Positions 59,111 through 64,000 of a DNA stretch of 64,000 nt are shown here, piece after piece. Numbering within the stretch: position 1 is the first letter of the stretch; every line of letters starts with the position of its first letter. The stretch is from Phaeosaccion multiseriatum (Eukaryota > Protista > Ochrophyta, other classes): contig OZ218950.1 of the NCBI GenBank assembly GCA_965112735.1, positions 7,316,001 to 7,380,000 of the forward strand. The letters are read 5' to 3'. The notes beneath the pieces were generated by a model that saw nothing but the letters and a program-made list of their open reading frames with translations, searched no databases and was not told the origin of the DNA. The position numbers and the translations under genes were made by a program.

Positions 59111-60241
59111 TCTTCTCCTCCTTGCTGCTGATACCTCTTGACTTGAGCTTCCTTGACCCGAGGGCCCCAGGCCGTCCGCCTCCTCGTCTTCGCGTGTATG
59201 TACAATCAGAAAGTTAAGCACTACAAGTACATAATATGATGAGGAAGAGGGAGAAGGCTTTTGAGGCAATGCAAAATGCGGCGTGTATGGAAAGCCCGGC
59301 TCCGGCGCCGTCCGTACGATATTGACGAGGGGTTTCCGCATCTTTCTCTGTTCGCCGCGAGCTTTTCGTAGCTGAAGGGAGGCGTGAGAGCGAGGCCAAT
59401 CAAGACAAGACGTGTACACGGTGTCGTTTACTTTAAGTTCCTGTACCTGGGGCGTCGTTCCCAATCGTTCCGCATTGATTGGGGAGTTTCAGTTTAAGTT
59501 CCTTTGTTCCAATTTGAGCTTGTTCGCCCTCCCTCTGAACAGAAGTCCTCTTTCAAAGAAGGGAGGATTAGTCGCAGTCAAAGGGGACGGGACCCTTTGT
59601 CGTGCGTCGAGGCTAGAGGTCTCTATATCTCACTACGGGGCCTACTTCTTCGGACGAGGGATTGAACTCATCCCGGGGCGAAAAGTTTGACCCGGCTTGT
59701 TCCCCCCACACCTTTTCCCAAGACAGGCAGATACTGCCCCAAACACCGAAGCCCCCTTCGCACCGGCCACGAGAGAGAAGGTGAGGGAGGAACTTTCAGA
59801 GCTGGTGTGTGGCGGGTGGGCGTGAGGAGCTCATTTCCCGAGGTGAGAAACAAAGGAGGTGCAAGCAGGAATGATGAGGAGTGGCATTATGGCCGACGCG
59901 GGGAGATGACCCAACTCACCACCCAAGCTCGGGCACTGCTCTGTTGGTCTTTGACCCCCCCTCCCCCCCCCTGTGACCCCCTTCCTCCTCCTCACCCTTT
60001 GACCCTCTCCATCTCCTCTCGTCTCCTCCCTCCGTCCCCCATCTCCGCCTCCCTCTCCCCCGCCCCCTTCCCTCCTGCCTTCGATTGGCGACATCGTGCC
60101 CAACGCACAAGCAGACATAAACAAAGCACAGTACGCGCTTTCCTCGCGGCAGAGGCGAGCGCCGGGGCGAGGACGGACGAGGACGGAGGCAGCGGAACAG
60201 AGGAGCAAGAAGAGAGGTGGCAGAGAGGAGTTGGTGCGAAA

Positions 60242-61372
60242 ATGCCGCATGAGAAGAGTCCGGGCACTGTCGAAGGATATGACAAGCAGCAAGGGCAAGA
60301 GGGACTTAGTGTGGATCATCAAGCTGTGGGCAAGAAGGATGAGCAGGCTGAGAAGGCGGACAGTCGTGAGAAGGCTGAGAAAGCTGAGAAGGGCGCGAAG
60401 GCTGCGAAGGGTGCGAAGGGTGCGAAGCGTGAGAAGAAGCCGCCCAAAAAGCGAGACTATGGAGCTGGGGGCCAGCGGTGTTCTGTGGAGGGGTGTCAGA
60501 AGCATCGGGTCCAAGGAGGAATCTGCGTGAGCCACGGAGCCGTGAAAATGCGCAAGAGGTGCAATGTGGAAGGGTGCGAGAAGCATCGGATCCAAGGCGG
60601 ACTCTGCATGGCTCATGGAGCAGTGGTCAAGAGGTGCACTGTGGAGGGGTGTCAGAAGCTCCAGGTCCAAGGAGGGCTCTGCATTGGCCACGGCGCAGTG
60701 GTCAAGAGGTGCACTGCTGAGGGGTGTCAGAGGCAGCAGGTCCAAGGAGGGTTGTGCATTAGTCATGGGGCTCTGGGCAAGTGGTCTGAGAAGCAACCGG
60801 TCAAGAAAGGGCTTTACGGCGGCGGAGGTGTGAAGAAGCACAGGAGGTGCACTGTGGAGGGCTGTGAGAAGCAGTCGAAGCAGGGGGGATTGTGCGTGTC
60901 TCATGGTGCTGTGGTCAAGAGGTGCTCTGTGGAGGGGTGCCAGAAGAAGGCAAAGCAGGGAGGGCTGTGCGTGGGGCACGGAGCCGTGGGCAAAAAGTGC
61001 TCTGTTGAGGGCTGCGAGAAGCACCGGGTCAATGGAGGAGTCTGCATTGGCCATGGCGCAGTGATTGTGGTCAAGAGGTGCAGCGAGGTGGGATGTGAGA
61101 AGCAGACCCAGAGTGGGTGTGGTGGGATGTGCAGGCGCCACGCTCGAATGAAGATGGAGCAAGGCAGGAAGGAGGAGGAGCTGCTTGCCCAGAGGGCGCT
61201 TGCGCTCAAGCGAGGAGCTGACACCGACATGAATGGGGAAGGAGGGAAGAGGGCAAGGTTTGCCCCTCCACATGAGGGAGGAGAGGGAGAGCAGCGACAG
61301 GAGGAAGTGGTGGACGCAGAGGACGAGGAGCTGGGAGCAAGCTTGCTCGTTGGGCTGCGGCTCAGGAGATAG
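60242..61372 (+). CDS. Tandem paralogue zinc-finger array protein, 8 intact repeats
   Basis: ATG context GGTGCGAAAATGCC is identical to gene 1. The first repeat has decayed (TVEGYDKQQGQEGLSVDHQ). The 3' half is near-identical to gene 1 at offset 2506. Confidence 0.85.
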   Translation: MPHEKSPGTVEGYDKQQGQEGLSVDHQAVGKKDEQAEKADSREKAEKAEKGAKAAKGAKGAKREKKPPKKRDYGAGGQRCSVEGCQKHRVQGGICVSHGAVKMRKRCNVEGCEKHRIQGGLCMAHGAVVKRCTVEGCQKLQVQGGLCIGHGAVVKRCTAEGCQRQQVQGGLCISHGALGKWSEKQPVKKGLYGGGGVKKHRRCTVEGCEKQSKQGGLCVSHGAVVKRCSVEGCQKKAKQGGLCVGHGAVGKKCSVEGCEKHRVNGGVCIGHGAVIVVKRCSEVGCEKQTQSGCGGMCRRHARMKMEQGRKEEELLAQRALALKRGADTDMNGEGGKRARFAPPHEGGEGEQRQEEVVDAEDEELGASLLVGLRLRR

Positions 61373-61375
61373 GGA

Positions 61376-61600
61376 CCTGGGCCGAAGTAAAGTGCTGCTC
61401 CTTCTCCTGCTGCTGCAGCTGCTGCCCCACTGCGGTGTGCGCACGAACAGCAAGAGGGTCAGTGCGGAGAGCCCGATGCTCGGGAGGAGGAGGGGGGATG
61501 ATGATGGTGATGGATGAGGAGAAGTGGGCGGTGCTGGAGGAGAGCGTGGTTGCGGCGAGCGAGAGCAAGCGGCGGGGATGGAAGGAGTGAGCGTGTGCGC
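61376..61600 (+). repeat. Dispersed repeat family, copy C (co-duplicated with finger gene 2)
   Basis: Near-identical to 58870-59080. Confidence 0.8.
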
Positions 61601-61984
61601 TGTTGCTGCTGATATCTCGGGACTTGAGAGCTTTAGTGGCCAGATCGCCCTACTTCCGTCCGCCTCACAGCGGTGTTTTTGATGTGCGAGGTGAATCATA
61701 AAAGTACTTACTACGCGTAGAGTGAAGTGATGAATTACGCTGTGCCCAGAGGCAGAGAAGAGGCCTTCGGCGTTGTTGATGCTTCCAAACACTCACCACC
61801 AACCCGTGCTATGTGCGGCATTTGGGCATTTGCGCCAGAGCGGCGAGGCAAGTGAGACGCGTCATTGAGGGAATGGCCGGACCAGTCACTGGCAGCCCTG
61901 TGCATATGATTGCGACGAGGGTTTCCGCACTCTATTGTTTGCGGTGAGCTTTCCGTCGCCTGCGCTGTGCGCACAACGGGGGGG

Positions 61985-62160
61985 GGGGGGGGCACGATCC
62001 GAGGCTTTGTGACTGCCCACAACCCCTTCATAAGAGGATGGGATGATGGTGGTGATGAGGAGGAGGGGGCGGTGCTGGAGGGGAGCATGGTGGCGGCGAG
62101 TGAGAGCAAGAGGGGCGGACGAAAGGCGCAGCGAGCTTGTGGAAGGCTCTGCTTCTCTTT
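61985..62160 (+). repeat. Dispersed repeat family, copy D
   Basis: GCACGATCCGAGGCTTTGTGACTGCC matches copy A (GCACGATCTGAGGCTTTGTGGCTGCC), followed by the shared core. Confidence 0.75.
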
Positions 62161-62417
62161 CTGCCTTCACAAGTAGACATTTCGGGACTTGGGGCTCTGA
62201 AAGTGTAATAGTAATGATTGATGACTTACACCCGGCCACAGGAGGCCCACAGGTGTCTGTAGAAAACACTCGCACACGCCTATTTCTGGTGGGCCTTAGG
62301 ATTAGGTCTACATGCCTATATCTGGGGGGCCTCAGGATTAGGTCTCGTACACAGTTTCCTGTAAACAAACACGGTGTCGACAATTCGAACACGACACACG
62401 GGCGTGGGGATGGCAGC

Positions 62418-63647
62418 TCACGAGGAGAAGTCCAGCGCCTGCATGCTGGCGAGGATGGCCACCACCGCCAGCGTCTGTGCGGCGGCCACAGAGCCCAGCA
62501 CCGATACGTACATGGACGAGCCGTAGCGGATGGGCTGGAATGCCTGCACGCCGAATATAACCTTGACGAACAGCCACACCACGGTGGTGACCAGAAACAG
62601 CTCCACCGCGGCGCTGCTGAGCTCGTACAGCATGATCGTCCGGGCCATGGCGGTGGGCATGCCTGCGAAGGACGGGAATCCCGCGCCGCCGCCCACGCCC
62701 TCACGAGTGAGCACGAGCAGGATGAAGAGCGCAAGGAGAGGGTTCACTGTATCGTGCGTCTGTCAGGAGCAGAGGGAAGGGGGAGGCATATGGAGGCATA
62801 TGGTCATAAGGGGCAGCAACCAACAGAGCGTAGGAAGAGCAGGGCGGTCAGGGGGACTCGTGAAGCTTGTGTGAGGTGCCCGTCCCACGTTAGCACGCGC
62901 CCACGTCACCTGCTGCACGAAGAACTGTTGACTGAGGCGGAGGATGCGCTTCGGATCAGCCTCGGCGCGTTCCTTGGCCTTCCGCACTTGGGCTCCCACT
63001 GTCCACCACCACCGGTCCCGCTTGGGGGCCTCTTCCTCCTCTGCCACCGCTGCTGCTGCTGCCGCTGCGTCTGTGTGGGGCTGCTTCTGCTCGTACCCCG
63101 CCAGGGACTCCCTCCTTACCGCCGCCTGCTCCTCCCTCTCCGCCGAGTCCCTCCGCACCACCGCCTTTAGCTCCACCCAGTCCTTGGTCACTTGCGACAC
63201 CCGTCTCCGAGGGGCCACCTCCGTCCCCTGCTGCGAGGGGGGCGAGAGGCCTGGAGAGCCTTCTCCTCGCTCCTCCGTGTCGGGGTACGGTCTTTCGCAC
63301 TCGGTCTCTGACAACTCCAGGTTTGCGTGCTGGCCCCACCCTATCCGCTTGGCTGTTGGCGGGACGGACTCGGCTCCTTCGTCGCCAGCTTGTGATCTCC
63401 GAGACGTCGAAGGGGGCCGCACGTACGGCGAGACCACGTCCGCCTTGCCTTCGTCCTTGCCTTCGTCCTTGCCTTCATCTACCGGGGTCCCCGCGATGCA
63501 CTCCAGTCCCTTCTCTGCCCCACTCTCTGCCGAACCGCCTACCTCCAAGGCCCGCAAGGCCGCCTCGAGCTGGTTCCTTCCATCTGCTTTGCCCTTCGGC
63601 GATTGTCGCTCATCGTCCACCCCGGGGATGATCTTGGACTTGTACAT
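62418..63647 (-). CDS. Unknown membrane protein: disordered charged N-terminus plus ~3 C-terminal TM helices, 2 exons (62910-63647, 62418-62759)
   Basis: ATG at 63647 (MYKSKIIPGVDD). The in-frame GT-AG join FFVQQ|THDTVNPLLALFILL leads to hydrophobic segments and a stop at 62418. Upstream exons cannot be excluded. Confidence 0.6.
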
Positions 63648-63709
63648 CTTGAGACGTGTGTGAGACGCGCTAATGTGCTTCCGCGCACGCTGGATGGGGG
63701 TTGTGCGAG

Positions 63710-63780
63710 ACAGACTGAGCAGACAGAGCAGACAGAGCAGACAGAGCAGACAGAGCAGACAGAGCAGACGGAGCAGACAG
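63710..63780. repeat. 9-bp tandem repeat (CAGACAGAG, ~7 copies)
   Basis: Direct inspection. Confidence 0.9.
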
Positions 63781-64000
63781 GTGCAGGGGAGGGGAAGAAA
63801 GGCGAGGCGTGATAGGACGTTACACTCGTTACATCGGTTCTTCGCGGGGGTAAGGAGATTCGCGTAGGACTGATGCAGACGCCAGGAGAGTCGAGTAAAG
63901 GGGGCAGGGGCAAAGCGTACTGCACATACACGTTCCGCATGCACACACGCACACACGCACACACGCACACACGCACACACACACACGCGCGCGCGCACAG

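Noticed and set aside
59687-60241. N-terminal extension of the 561-aa ORF
   Set aside because: It begins at a TTG and is low-complexity. The ATG at 60242 has the same context as the paralogue's start.
56884-61792. Long minus-strand ORFs (434 aa and 653 aa) over the finger genes
   Set aside because: They are antisense shadows of GC-rich repetitive coding sequence with no independent motifs.

Overview
This is GC-rich, intron-rich eukaryotic nuclear DNA, most likely from a photosynthetic stramenopile (ochrophyte alga). That assignment rests on ASAF/AFAF-type bipartite plastid presequences, spliceosomal introns full of micro- and minisatellites, and expanded Cys3His 'WRKY19-like' finger arrays. 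I assembled 16 protein genes by hand from GT/GC-AG boundaries, in window order: a partial charged protein (-), PAP-fibrillin (+), a P4-ATPase flippase with the Drs2/ATP8-type GFAFS tail (-), a NEET/CDGSH Fe-S protein (+), an ABHD17-like hydrolase (-), a DUF179/AlgH-like protein (+), an OTUD6/Otu2-like deubiquitinase (-), a sulfotransferase (+), a PPR-SMR protein (-), AP-2 alpha-adaptin (+), a bacterial-type thioester alpha-2-macroglobulin (-), a PPR protein (+), ATP23 (-), two tandem zinc-finger-array paralogues (+,+) and an unknown membrane protein (-). The most notable observations are five. (1) An intron-containing, secretory-targeted GCFEQ thioester macroglobulin with bacterial-type motifs. 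(2) TALE-like finger arrays with a small vocabulary of hypervariable 4-residue words. (3) An intron architecture in which one motif flips orientation between donor and acceptor ends, and several intronic satellites are built from splice signals. (4) Strict head-to-head/tail-to-tail gene alternation. (5) An unnamed ~200-250 bp dispersed element in 3' regions. No rRNA, tRNA, CRISPR array or autonomous transposon was recognised. Exon structures are manual and have no transcript support.
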